A program made the translations under genes and the position numbers. From contig CM119265.1 of assembly GCA_051294375.1 (NCBI GenBank), positions 5,386,355 through 5,450,354 on the forward strand: a stretch of 64,000 bases of DNA, in the 5' to 3' direction. The DNA is from Paraspadella gotoi (Eukaryota > Animalia > Chaetognatha). Under the pieces are notes generated by a model. That model did no database searches and had not been told where the DNA came from. It saw only the letters and a list, made by a program, of their open reading frames with translations. This document shows, in pieces, positions 1 to 12,326 of this stretch. Each line of letters begins with the position of its first letter. Position 1 is the stretch's first letter.

Positions 1-514
1 ACAATGAAATTAACAAGACGGAACGAAGCACAACGGGAAAATCTGATAATTAAAATGAAAAAAAATTACCTAAAGCGCGGACTTTGTATCACTTGGTAGC
101 GAAAAAAAGTTCAATAAAAAAAAAAAAAAGTCGCGAGAAAATAAACTAAAGACTGGAATCCAAGCAGAGAAAAAAGGAAAAAAAGAAAGAGAGGAAAATG
201 AAAAAAGCGATTGAAAAAGTTTTGGCGAAATGTGACTTCAAGAAATCTCCAGCCGTGTAAGGAATTAGGAGAAATGACGGTTGTCATAGCGAGGCAATTT
301 TATGTGTCAGAGGCAAACGAATGATAAACAAACAAGTGAACAAATGAATAAAGCTTACTAGCACAAAAAAACTTATTTAGAAACTCCGAAAATGAATCGA
401 GAAGCGAGAGTTTCACCGACAACATAATCGGACAACGGAAAAATACAGAGGTTAATCAGCAACTTTGGTAATTTGATAATTATAATGATTCTCTCTCTCT
501 CTCTCTAACTCTCT

Positions 515-549
<35 letters not shown>

Positions 550-568
550 TCTCTCCCCCCGCGCGCAG

Positions 569-3075
569 CCTGAGCAAGAAGAACCTACAATTAAACCAAA
601 ATCTCCTACTTTGCGTCGCGATGAACGAGGTAAAAGGAGCATTTCAAAACTTTGACGAAGATTTCCGCAGAAAAAAAAGAGCATTCTTCCCCCCTCCTAA
701 TTTCTTAGTGGAAACGAGTTCGGGCAGCAAGACCAACGTGTTCGATCCTCGATCCGAGGATATCGGCGCCCGCCACTCCTCTTCCTCTTCCACCAATAAT
801 TCTAGGATCCAACTGCGGCGCGCCTCCGTCGACTACATCGACAGCGCCGCCGAGATGAATGGCGTTGCCGGCGCCGGAAGTGTTTTGGGATCCAAGGAAG
901 AGTCGGCGCTGTCATGCGACATCTCGGCGCGGTCAGAGGGGAGGTGGGGTCCGGGTTGGGGGCGTTGCGAAAAGTAATATAAACACTTAGTCACAAAGTT
1001 TAGATTGATTAGTATGTAGACGATTAGATCTCACACAGAATTCTTCAACTTTGGTCCACCCCCAGATCTTCCTCCTCCGTCTTTCAGGGTCAAAACGTCA
1101 ACTCCGTCTCGTCACCGACGGCGTCTCCTTTGCCGGAATCCTTGCAGAACTTTCTCGTCAACGACCCTCGACTCGGCGACGTCCTCTGCCGGTCGCGAGA
1201 GGCGGCGTCGTCGAAAGGATCGTCAACGACAACGCTGTCGCCCTTCGCTTCGGCGGTCAAGAGGTAAAAAAAAAAATGTATTAATGTGCCGTCCACATTA
1301 ACATCTTTTAATTTTATTATTTATAAAAACTTGTTTTACTTAGAAATTAGCTTTGGCTCGAAATTAACAAACAGTTGTAACCGAAATTTTTCTACTGTTT
1401 TCTTTTTCACCAAAATTCGTGATCTATATTTACAAAAAACTAAACTGTAACCTTCACAGAGATTTCAGAGTAATGCAATCAGGAAAAGTACAATTCAAAG
1501 TTTTTTCGTTGGTTGGCCAAAGGGTTATCACTTATTTTCCTCATTCAAAGATATTTTGAAACCCGGATGACGGAACATCTTTCGCGCGAGATTCGTCTCA
1601 CGCGAGCGCTTACCAAACAGCGAAAGGACGCGCATGACGAGCTCTTTGGTCTCTTCAACTCCGAGGCTCATTACCTCGAGTACAACAGCATGCCCAAGGT
1701 CTCAATGACTCGAATCACTTTACATTTTTTTTTTTTACATTTGAAGCATGTTGAGAGATTTCTTTCGGGTTAGATTGAATTGTATTACAGCTCGCGAGAG
1801 CTTTGATTGATTGAGTGAATTATGAATCTTTGGCGACCCCAAAGCGGCGGCCAAAGACTGATAACTTTGCTCATAGGAAGTAGCGGCGTTGAAGGAGGCT
1901 TTCGCGGCGGCGACAGCAAACTACGAAGGAAAACCCGAACGGAAGAAGGCCGTCATGGCGCAGTTGTCTGCCATCACGAAGACGGTGGCGTCGAAGAGAA
2001 GGATCGACGACCTTCAGGTTAATCGATCAATGGACGATTGTCAAATGATAGGCAAATGTCAAGTTTTTCTCTCTATATATAGGAGATGAATATTACTGTG
2101 TGGTTTGGTTTTATTGCACTTTTCATTTACGGTTAAACTATAAAAATCAATATAATGTATAATAATATAATCAATGTAACTTTTTTCTTCTTCTAACAAT
2201 GCCTTTATGTGCATGTTGCCTACAAAGTAGGGCATGAACAGAATGCGAATAAGAGTGTAGCTCTCCACAGCTCTGGGGAACTTATTTAGACGTGAGATAG
2301 CATGTAGAGTAGAGTAGAATGACAATTATTGAATGTTGAATCTCATTTAAAGTTGTAATTGTTTTTGTTTTTTAGTAAAGTCATTTCACATAAAAAAGAT
2401 AACAAACAAAAGAAAACTGTTTAAGAAAAATAGAAATTGAACGAAAGAATGAAATTTTGTCATGGCACTCCTCGACTTAGGGCGCGGCCATCATGAAAGC
2501 CTCTGAGATCCATCGCCTCGTCGTCGACGCAGCCGAGTTCCAATTTCTCGTGGAGGAATCGTCACTGGCGCTGGTTAGATTGCTGGAGTCACGGCTGCTG
2601 CAGTCTCTGGAGCGATTAAAGCCGGAAACGCTCGAGGCGCTGGAGCGGGATCCAACGTTCCTTGACAAGAGGTTCCGGCTGCGGTCAAAATCGTCGAAGG
2701 CGAAAGCGGCGACGGCGACGACGACCTCGGAGCTGGAGGCGCTCGAAGTTCGACGTCAAACGGCGATGATGGCGTTCTTGGCCGCGGAACGCGCCTTCGC
2801 CTCTGCGACCAACGAATGCAGCGAACGGATTCACGCCCTCAGGTCGATTCTCTCTGCACAGTGGTTGAATGATCAAAGATTATACAATCTCGGCTTACTG
2901 TTAATTGCATTATTAATGCCATTAATTGTATTAATTTATCAATTAGCTTAACAACTTAATTTGGTTAATCGCTAATCGCTAATCATTTAATTTGATTTAA
3001 TTTCTTATTTATTTTCTTTCTTTCTCTCATGAAGCTATTCATGAAGAAACAGTCTGCGTAAAGTGAAAAAAAAAA

Positions 3076-3114
<39 letters not shown>

Positions 3115-4302
3115 ATGCCGCGAGGGCGACGTTTACGAAAGCTTTCTCCGCGGAGTCTCGTCACGGAATTACGGCGCGGACGAGAAGCCGTCTAAGGTGG
3201 ACGACGGGGAGGTGTGTGTGGGTGGTTGAGTGGACAGTGTTGGTGGTTGAAGTGAGCAAAATTGATTACAAAGAATCTCTACTGTTTTTAAGCCAACCCC
3301 TACCTTTCCCGGAAAGTTTTAGCGGTTAGTGCATCATCTAATTAACTTTCTAGGGCATGAAGTCCCTCTATTACAGAACCCTTTTTTTTTAAATATTTTT
3401 TAGGAACTAAATTTTGATTAAAAGAGTCCCTATAATGTTCCCCGCACAGAGACAAGGATGGAAAAAATTGTTTCGGCAATGTGGGGCTCTCCCACACTGA
3501 CTCCCTCTCAAAAAAAAGTTGTTATGAAAATAGCAAAAAGCCTGGATTGCCCCTTCCCGATTGGTAAAGAGCTGGAGATCGCAGAATGTTTATCGGTCTT
3601 ATATCAGGAAAAATTCGTGGAGCAGCTACGCATCCTCCGCCGACGCAGTGTCATGATGTGCTGCAACGAACACATCGGAGAATACCCGCGGACGGCCTCG
3701 CTCCTTTCCGAGATGCAGACGCACCTCAATCAGCTTCGCCTCTGCCGCGGGTCGCAGTCCGCGAGGGTGGCTTCCTTGAAGGAGGAGTTGACGGAAGAGT
3801 TGGAAGCGGAGCCAGAGGCGGATGCGCTTGAGGATTGTCGTAGTCTCGGGAAGCGACTCCTTTTCTTTTACGACGAAGTGGCGAACGGAGTTACTTGGAG
3901 GGAAGTCTTCGTTGGAGCGTCGAAGGCGCCTTACTTTTGGTAAGGAGTAGAGCTGTAGTGAGAGGAATAGAATTGAATCATTGTATGTGAATGAAAATAA
4001 AAATAAGCATTGGTAATTTAAATAAACCATTAAGTTCGTAGGGACCATTTTATTCCCGATTATAGTCACCATGTCACGAAATATTACGGCTTAATGATGG
4101 TATCGATCGATGTATGTTATCGTTCGACCCAACCGCCCACTCCACCCTCACGACTCCTTTTCGTCCTTCAACCAGCGGAAAGACGGACGATGTGGACGTC
4201 GCCTTGACGATCATCTTCAGTTTCCCCGGGACTGCGGAGATAAAGAAAGACTTCGAATTTCGCGGATCCGATTGGATCTACAAAATCGGCGCCGAGTTTT
4301 GA
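569..4302 (+). CDS. Multi-exon hypothetical helical protein, probably 5'-incomplete
   Basis: Phase-consistent GT-AG exons: 569-629, 709-931, 1066-1263, 1551-1698, 1877-2017, 2481-2842, 3115-3196, 3572-3939, 4176-4302. Possible upstream exon 381-450. The 3' end may instead continue via a short intron to about 4458. No family recognised. Confidence 0.6.
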
Positions 4303-5199
4303 AATCCGTTTTTTTTTGTTTTGTTTTTTTTTAGGGGGGTCCAAAGGATATCGAGAGTGGGCGGCGTTCTCGTGTTGGCTTCGCGGCAAGGACGGATCTT
4401 GGCAACCCCGTGGGTTTTTTACTCTTTTTGTAGATTTCTTCTTGTATCGTAGTGAATAATTCGTGATTCGAGTGTACTGTTTCTTTGTATAGTGTTTTTG
4501 ATATCGATAAAGTTTCTACGAAGTTGTTTTTAAGTCTAATCTTTGTTAATTTAGGAACATATTTTTTTCTATAAGTTAACTGTTAGATTTGAAACTATGG
4601 AATGCATTTATATATAATAGTCGTTAGTAGATAGGAATTTCATAGTTCATATAGAATTCTACGCTCCATATTTAAATAATTAACTGTCATCATCTTTCAT
4701 TTACCAAACTTTTTTTTTAATAGCGAAATCCAATTTTAGTTTACATTAACACTCATAATATTTACAAACGCAAAATTACTTTACAAAACTTTACATCACA
4801 CCTCTTGAGAGAGATTAGAATAAAAAAAAACAAAAAAACAGACGTGCAAATTACCAAATTACCGCGAAAATAACCATTTCATTGGCTTCGGTCGTCAGCT
4901 ACCAACGCGGAATTAAAAGAAAATCGATTTAATCTAGAAAACGACAGAAGCCAAAGAAATCCTTTAACCTCCCAATGGGCCAATCTTTTTAATCCGACAG
5001 CTTCCTTTTTTTTATTTTTTAAACCCCTGCTTCTCCGCCCTTCTTCACCTTTAGTCTCCCTCCCCCCCCGCTTCCACCTCCAAGGCTCTCAACGAATTCG
5101 TTCATTATCGATATTTATTCCTCTGGCTTCCTTTTTTTTTTGACTCTGCAAAGTCGACTCCTCTCTTTCCATAGTTTCCTTTTTTTTCCTTTCTTTTTC

Positions 5200-5640
5200 T
5201 CCCTATTTCTTCCCCTTGCCGCTTTTCTGATTTCTCTTTTTTTGAAATATCCCATTTTTTTCTTTCTTTTCCTCCCTATTTCTTCCCTTGCCGCTTTTCT
5301 GATTTTTGTTTTTTTGAAAATATCCCATTTTTTTCCTTTCTTTTCCTCCCTATTTCTTCCCCTTGCCGCTTTTTCTGATTTTCTCTTTTTTTTTGAAATA
5401 TCCTTTTTTTTCCCTTTATTGTTCCCTATTCTTCCCCTTGCCGCTTTTTCTGATTTCTTCTTTTTTGAAATATCCCATTTTTTCTTTCTTTTTTCTCGCC
5501 TATTTCTTCTCTTGCCGTTTTTCTGATTTTCTCTTTTTTTTTGAAATATCCCTTTTTTCCCTTTCCTTTTCTCCCTATTTATCTCCCCTTGCCGCTTTTC
5601 TGATTTCTCCTTTTTTGAAATATCCCTTATTTTTTTTCCC
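5200..5640. repeat. Pyrimidine-rich minisatellite, ~75-bp unit, about 6 copies
   Basis: Repeated unit ccctatttcttccccttgccgcttttctgattt...ttttgaaatatccc. It accounts for the Phe/Leu-rich ORFs 5140-5863. Confidence 0.9.
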
Positions 5641-6333
5641 TTTCTTTCTCCCTTCTAGCTTCACCTTATTCATATTCTCTTCTTTCTTCCCTCAGATCCT
5701 TTTTTTTACCGACGGATATTTTTTTTTTCTTCCTCCTTTTTTTTTTCTCTTCGTGAACGCGGGTTCCTTTCCTCCGTCGCGCATAGTGATTCGCGATTTT
5801 GCACTTCTATGGCTGCCAACCGGTTCACTTTTTCCGCGGGTTCACTTCAACAGTTTCTTCTAAGATGCTTCCATTTTTAAAACTTGTCTTTCAGAAACTT
5901 TAATTTTTTTTCTCTATCGAATTTTTAACGAGGGAGTCATTTAGTTTTTTTTCCGCTTCATAAAGAATATTTATTTTGAGTACACTTGAAGTTTTTTTGT
6001 CAGATTCAAAAGTTTAACGATTGAATGCATTCTCAATACTAGAATTTTGGCAAAAATGAACGTAGGAAGCTTTCATTTTTTTCCTATCAATAATGAATCA
6101 ATTAATCAATCAATTTATATTATAAAAGATTAATAAATACTTTTTGATAATTATATAAAATATAAATGTTATTTTTTTTTCTGTACATGATTATTTTTTC
6201 ACCCACTCCTTTCTTCCTTTCTGACTATTCCCGGTTTTTATCTTTATCCACCCTATCCGTATCTCCGTTTATTTATATCTTCAATCAATCACTCAATTCT
6301 CCATCGTTTCATCTCCGACCTCCTTCCACTTCT

Positions 6334-7280
6334 CTACTTCCACTGCCTCTCCCCAGTTTCCGTGTTCCAGGGGCTCCAGGCGTCGGGGTCCTCGTCGCAG
6401 TTCATGATTCCGCCGAATTCGTCTCTGAAGACGGGTTTGCACGAATCGCAAGGGTCCAGTCTGAAAAGGGGGGGAAAGTGGGGGGTGGGCAAATCTGTAA
6501 TTCGGTGAATAGTTCAAATAATACGTAATGTTTTTTTTTTTAATTATTTACGTGTTTATTTATATATATTGAATATATTTCAATGTTAAATAACATATTG
6601 AACAATAGTTTAATTGAGAAATTAATTTCTCAAATTTTTTAAAATTGTTTTAATTTTTTTAATTTTTTTAGTTTTTTAATTTTCTTTATATTTTTTTTTA
6701 CATATTTCCTTTTTCTTTTTATTCAGTTTCTCACTTATAAACTCTGAAGTAAAATATGACGTGAAGGTTTCAAAAATGGAAGTAAAAGAAGAAAAAGAAA
6801 AAAGGGAAAAAAAAGAAGAAAAATTAATTTTAAATAAAAAAGTATTATCTCCCAATGAATTTCTCGTATTGCGAGAAACGTTACGATTTAAGCAACCATC
6901 GCTGAAGCAAAAAAAAAAGACGTACTGTAAAAAAAAAAAAAAAATTACTATAAAAAAAGGGAAAAAAGGCAAGGTCCTCCTTCCCCGCTTTCGTTGCTCA
7001 TTTAGAATTCAAGTTAATGACTCGAAATGATGCCCGAGGAGAGGGGGGGGTTTGGAGGCGGAAGTTTATGGAGTTTTACGGTGGGAGACGAGAGAGAGAG
7101 AGAGAGAAAGAGAGAGTACAACCAGGTTGAGAGAGAGAGAGAGAGAAAGAAAAAANNNNNNNNNNNNNNNNNNNNNNNNNNNNNNNNNNNNNNNNNNNNN
7201 NNNNNNNNNNNNNNNNNNNNNNNNNNNNNNNNNNNNNNNNNNNNNNNNNNNNNNNNNNNNNNNNNNNNNNNNNNNNNNNN

Positions 7281-7311
<31 letters not shown>

Positions 7312-8188
7312 ACTTAGAAAGAGAGGGAGATGCCTTTTTTAAGTAAAGGCGGGAAAACGGAAAGAGAGCGACTCCGCCCCGGTAATGTAACGCGGCATTC
7401 ACCTCAGGAAAATGGAAAACTATTTAAAAATATATTTAAAAAAAAGTTTTCACGGCCGCTATGTAAAACAGTAGTTGGAAGGGAGGGAAGTAAGATGGAA
7501 TGTCGAAGGACGAGGAGGGAAATCAAAAGTCGGACGATTAAGGAAGACGATTAACGCGGAATGGATGCAAAAATTATGGTGACGATTAAGGAAGACGATT
7601 AACGCGGAATGGATGCAAAAATTATGGTGACGATACTCGAATAAAAATATACAAGAAAAAGGAATCCAAGTTATTTGAAATTGTAGCTTATTTAACTTTT
7701 TTTTTTTTTTGACTAAATTAAATTTTGCTTCCTCTGGTTCGTGAATCTCTTTGCGTGCGACTGACTTGCATGGCGCCGAGAAAGCTTTAACGTTGTTGCA
7801 GCTTCGAATATCCTCGGGAGTGCATGAGGGACACTTGCGCATCGCCCGCCCTTCGCACATCTCGAAATCCTCTGAGGAGAGAAAATGCGTCGAATGAAAA
7901 CAAAATAGAGAATCGTACGTCGGTGGTCTACCACAGTTACAGCTACAGCTACGGCTTCTTTTCAATGCTTGGAATTTCAAAAATCTAAGCGCTGAAATGA
8001 AATAATTGAAAAATTATTAACGACTTATTTGAAATAAGGAGAAAAAAAATAAAGATATTAAAAACGTCACCTCTGTTTCCCATTTCGAACCAGCACATCG
8101 TGCAGACAACGAGTAAAATGGCGACGACCGCGAGACAACTTCGCATCCATTTCCTTTTCGGTTTCGCGATCCTACGAAATTCTATCAT
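6334..8188 (-). CDS. Putative small Cys-rich secreted or type II membrane protein; internal exons unresolved
   Basis: Exon 8188-8071 reads MIEFRRIAKPKRKWMRSCLAVVAILLVVCTMCWF (basic then hydrophobic) and ends at a GT donor. Next exons read ALRFLKFQALKRSRSCSCNC and EDFEMCEGRAMRKCPSC. Candidate last exon 6460-6334 reads LDPCDSCKPVFRDEFGGIMNCDEDPDAWSPWNTETGERQWK*. An N-gap lies between them, so linkage is uncertain. Confidence 0.35.
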
Positions 8189-8851
8189 TTTTTTCCCCCG
8201 TTTGTTTGTTTCCAAGTTGTGTATTTTTTTAAGGGTACAAAAACAAACCAAATCCGTATTTTCTTCTCTCGCATTGGACGAGGTTTTTGTAAATCGAAAA
8301 AAATAAAAGTGTTTTGTCGGTTAATTATGGCAGGAAGTGAAACAATTAGGTCTCATTTGCCGTTTTTCTTCAGGATCGCTTAAAAGGCCTCGTCCGAGCC
8401 TAGTTTAGGCTTTCCTTCGAAATAAAATCGAAAATGGAGAATTGGAAAACGATTCGATGATCGTTAATCTAAGAATTATGTATATGATACAAACTTTGAG
8501 GTTTCACGAGATTTCTTACGGTATTTGGCAGGAAATGAAAGTAAATATTATTCAAATGCGTGGGTAAAATGTAAAAATTCGAAATGCATAATCCTGAATA
8601 AAATTTAAGTAAGGATACAAAAATAATCGACGTCATCCTTAACAAAAAAACTCATTGGCATTCTTCTGAGAGAGAGAGAATGGGGAGGGGAGAAAATGAA
8701 AGAGAGAGAGAGNNNNNNNNNNAGAGAGAGAGAGAGAAAAAAGTGCCATCCTTTGAATATTCGTATTTCGATGTCGTTCTTTCTCTCCATTGCGAAGTTG
8801 ACCGGAGTTACGCCATCTTAATTATAACCTCATTCATACCCGATATATGAA

Positions 8852-11800
8852 ATGAAGGCACGACAGGCCTCGAACCCGACCTCCCGCACCAGCACCAATA
8901 TACGCAGCGTACGTCGTCCGTCCCCCAGTCGCGCAAGCAGGGCCTCAAGACAACCGTCGATACGCTTCTCTACGGACACGGGAAGGACTCCGGCGCCGGC
9001 GCCGGCGCCGGCCTCTGAAAATGTTCAGCAAGATAATGTGGTTAGTAAGTATTATTTATTTTATTAAATTTATCAATACCAAATACCAAAAAATGTAAAC
9101 GTTTTGCTGCAAATTTAGTATATGTGAGCTTTTGATATTAATGTAAATTGTAAAAAGCCTATATTTCTTCAATGATACGTGTTTAAATGAACAGGAAACA
9201 CCGAAATCCAAGAATTGCGTTGACAACCTCTCCTTAGAACGTCATTTCGCCTTCATGGCTTCTTGGGCTGTTTTCCTCGCCATAATCCTCGCTTGTTCAA
9301 TCGTTGCTCCTCTGTTTTTGCTTAACTTTTTCTTCGAAAGTGAGGGACGTCTGGCGGAAATTAAAAGGAATCAAAAAATGAATGAACAGTGGAGCATGGA
9401 AACGATGTGGACACCCTGTGATGAAGAGACGAACGAGAATAGGGCGAGGTAAGATATAATGTACCAATTTCATATAAAAAATATTCGAAAGACGCATCTA
9501 GGAAATACGTTAAAAAGGTTAATGATTCGAAATAAAAACTCAAGAGAAACATATAAAACTCCAATAAACCCTATTCTAATTCTAATAAAATCCTATTCTC
9601 GAAGTTTCGACCCAAAATTCGTCATTTATCAATGACCATTTTTACCCTATTTCACACCTCATTAACCAAGGTGTCACTACCGGGGCGTCTGCCTCAAAAA
9701 TTCCCTCACCGGTCAGAAAAAGTGCGATTGCGATTCTGGCGCCCATGGTCCGCGCTGCGAGAAGGGAAAGGAGCCGGGAGCGTGCAGCGTCGGCCACGAT
9801 CATTGCGTCAACGGCGGCGTCTGTCGAGAGGGCGTTGGAAATTATTTATTCTGCGAGTGTCCGTTGGGATTCGAAGGGAGAAAGTGCGAAAAAAAAGTGA
9901 ATTATACTAGTTTAAACTATACATATAATCGTTTGTATTTTTTTTTTTTTTTTAGTCGGATCTGCCCGTCGGTCCCACCCCTAAATCTTGTCGGTAAATC
10001 ATTTTTATCACAACAGAACATCATGTTATGCTAACTGCTAAATTAAGCAAAAAAAAACGATGTTCGTCCGTCCGTCCGTCCGNNNNNNNNNNCGTCCGTC
10101 CGTCCGTCCGTCCGTCCGTCCGTCCCCCTTAGCCAAAAAACTCCAATTACTCGTGATTGGATGATTGGATAGGAATTAAATTTTGTGTGTGGGTAGGAAA
10201 GTTTGTGATTGAGCTGGATATAAAGTTTCGATGGAATCGTGCGAGTGGAAATGAGTTTAAATGGAAAAAACATAAGTCACATTAACTTAAATATTTTTAT
10301 TAATTTTAACCCATAATTACTTAATTTAATCATAATTGGATAGATAGATTGAGATTAAATTTTGTGTTAGGGTAGGAAAGTGTGTGATAAAGTTGGATAT
10401 AAAGTTTAGATGGAATCGTGCTAGTGGAAATGAGTTTAAATGGAAAAACCAAAAGTCACTTTTATTTGATAATAATAATTTTTAATAATAATAAAATAAT
10501 TTTTCATAATTTTAATCCATAATTAGTCGATTTATTCATAATTGGATAAGATAAAATTTTGTGTGTGGGTAAGAAAGTGTGTGATTGATCGAGGAGTGGA
10601 AATGAGTTTGCATGGAAAAAACCAAAGTCAAGTCGACTTGAATTTTTATTATTTATGCTTACTCATGAATGTTTTAATTAATTAATTAATTAATTAATAA
10701 ATTAAGTGAAAAAATGATGCAATTTGAAAAAATGAAGCAAGTTAAAAAAGTTATGGATATTTAAAAAAAACGATGCAAATTGAAAGTTTGTTGCAAGCTG
10801 AAAGAATGATGCAAGTTGAAAGAATGATGCAAGTTGAAAGAATGATACAAGTTTAAAAAATGTTACAAGTTGAAAAAATGATGCAAGTTGAAAAAATGAT
10901 GCGAGTTGAAAAAATGATGCAAATTTGCAAAATAATGCGAGTTAAAAAAAACTATGCGAGTTAAAAAATGATGAGGGTTGAAAAAATGATGCGTTGAAAA
11001 AAACGATGCAAGTAAAAAAAAAAAGTTAAAAAAATTATTTGTACTTTATTTGTAATTATTTCTTCTATAGTAATTATTTATTTATTTATCTATTTATTTA
11101 TTTAGCTGATTACCGCTTAATTATCGTGGGCAGATCCGACATTGTTTGCTCAAACTTGTTTTTTTATTCGCGAAATTAAACGTCAGAACCGGAAAAAAAA
11201 ATTTAAAAAATGGTCAAAAAGCCATTAACGATATTTGACGCAAATTTTGTTTACTAGTTGACGCCGTGTAGTCCCAACCCGTGTGAAAACGGCGGAACGT
11301 GTCACGATAGGAAATGGACGTTCACTTGCGAATGCCCCATTGACAAGGGTGAGAGACAGAGAGAGCAGTATCACGAGAACTGTGAAAACAGATGAGATCG
11401 AGTTGTCATGGAGCAATGAAAGAGAAAGAGATATATATATATATATAATTATATATATATTTACATACTCTGATCATTATCTTCGAAGTTAATAACTCTC
11501 ATATCCGCCACGCCTTTTGATCATCCACAGCCGGTGCGCACTGCGAACGCAACTCAACCCTTTGCCCCACTGAAGGGGATCTCCCCAATGCCTGCGCCCA
11601 CAATGCCAATTGTACCAACATCCTCGGCGGCCTTACCTTAACCTGCTCTGGATGCAGGGAAAAGTCGGGTAATAACTTATAGAAAACTAATTTTTATTTC
11701 TCTTTAACTACTTTTACGAATAAGAGGTGATTCTTGAGCTCCGCGACTAACGTACAATAAAATCACTGATTTCTGTCTCTTCATACACCCCCCCCCCTGG

Positions 11801-11988
11801 GCCCTTCCCCACCCCAACTCTCTTTCTTACGCATCTCCACAGACGAGCTTTGCGCCGAAAGCATCGCTTACCTCAACAGCTCTCAATGCAATCAGAAAAC
11901 CGAACTCCTTTATCTTTTCGGTTCCAACGAGGCTGACGACGGCAGATGCTTCAAGAAGAACATCAAACTTTTGATCGGCGAAAAATAG
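8852..11988 (+). CDS. Single-pass type II membrane protein with four EGF-like repeats
   Basis: Phase-consistent exons 8852-9040, 9195-9448, 9671-9896, 11258-11348, 11531-11668, 11843-11988. Basic N-terminus, TM segment WAVFLAIILACSIVAPLFLLNFFF, then EGF patterns such as CVNGGVCREGVGNYLFCECPLGFEGRKC and CSPNPCENGGTC. Confidence 0.85.
9953..11160 (+). mobile_element. DINE-1/HINE-like non-autonomous Helentron derivative in intron 3 of the EGF gene
   Basis: Perfect 13-bp subterminal inverted repeats gtcggatctgccc (9955-9967) and gggcagatccgac (11128-11140). (CCGT)n microsatellite ~10064-10124. Three ~190-bp tandem units and an 18-bp array (aaaaaatgatgcaagttg). 3' hairpin gtttg-ct-caaac at 11144-11155. 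T-runs on both flanks. Confidence 0.75.
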
Positions 11989-12326
11989 AAAATGGAATAT
12001 TGTTTCTTGTTGTTTTATGATTGAATTTTTTTTGGAGTGGAATAAAATTGACTAATCTTTCTATGTCTTCACTTAAAATGAAATCATAAATTTTACGATT
12101 AAAAAAAAAAAAGACGAACCGAAGTTGATATCAAAAACTTTCTCATTAACAAGATAATTATTTCTACCGTTACCATCAAGATCTAAGCACGAGTAATGAG
12201 TTAGCAGTTAAAGAATAACCAATTAATTATAATCGCCGAACCTTCTAAAAAAAAAAGTAATTCCTTTCCGCAAATGTCTACCGAAAATTCCGCTCGTAAA
12301 CTGTCTCAGCGACAGCAAGACCCGTC

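Noticed and set aside
5140-5863. Hydrophobic Phe/Leu-rich ORFs resembling membrane proteins
   Set aside because: They are translations of a pyrimidine minisatellite.
7534-7635. 48-bp perfect tandem duplication (RHHNFCIHSALIVFLN twice)
   Set aside because: Two copies only, with no splice or transposon signals. Treated as an ordinary local duplication or assembly stutter.
10700-11015. Short regular repeats that could suggest a CRISPR array
   Set aside because: Head-to-tail 18-bp units with no unique spacers, no cas genes and a eukaryotic context.
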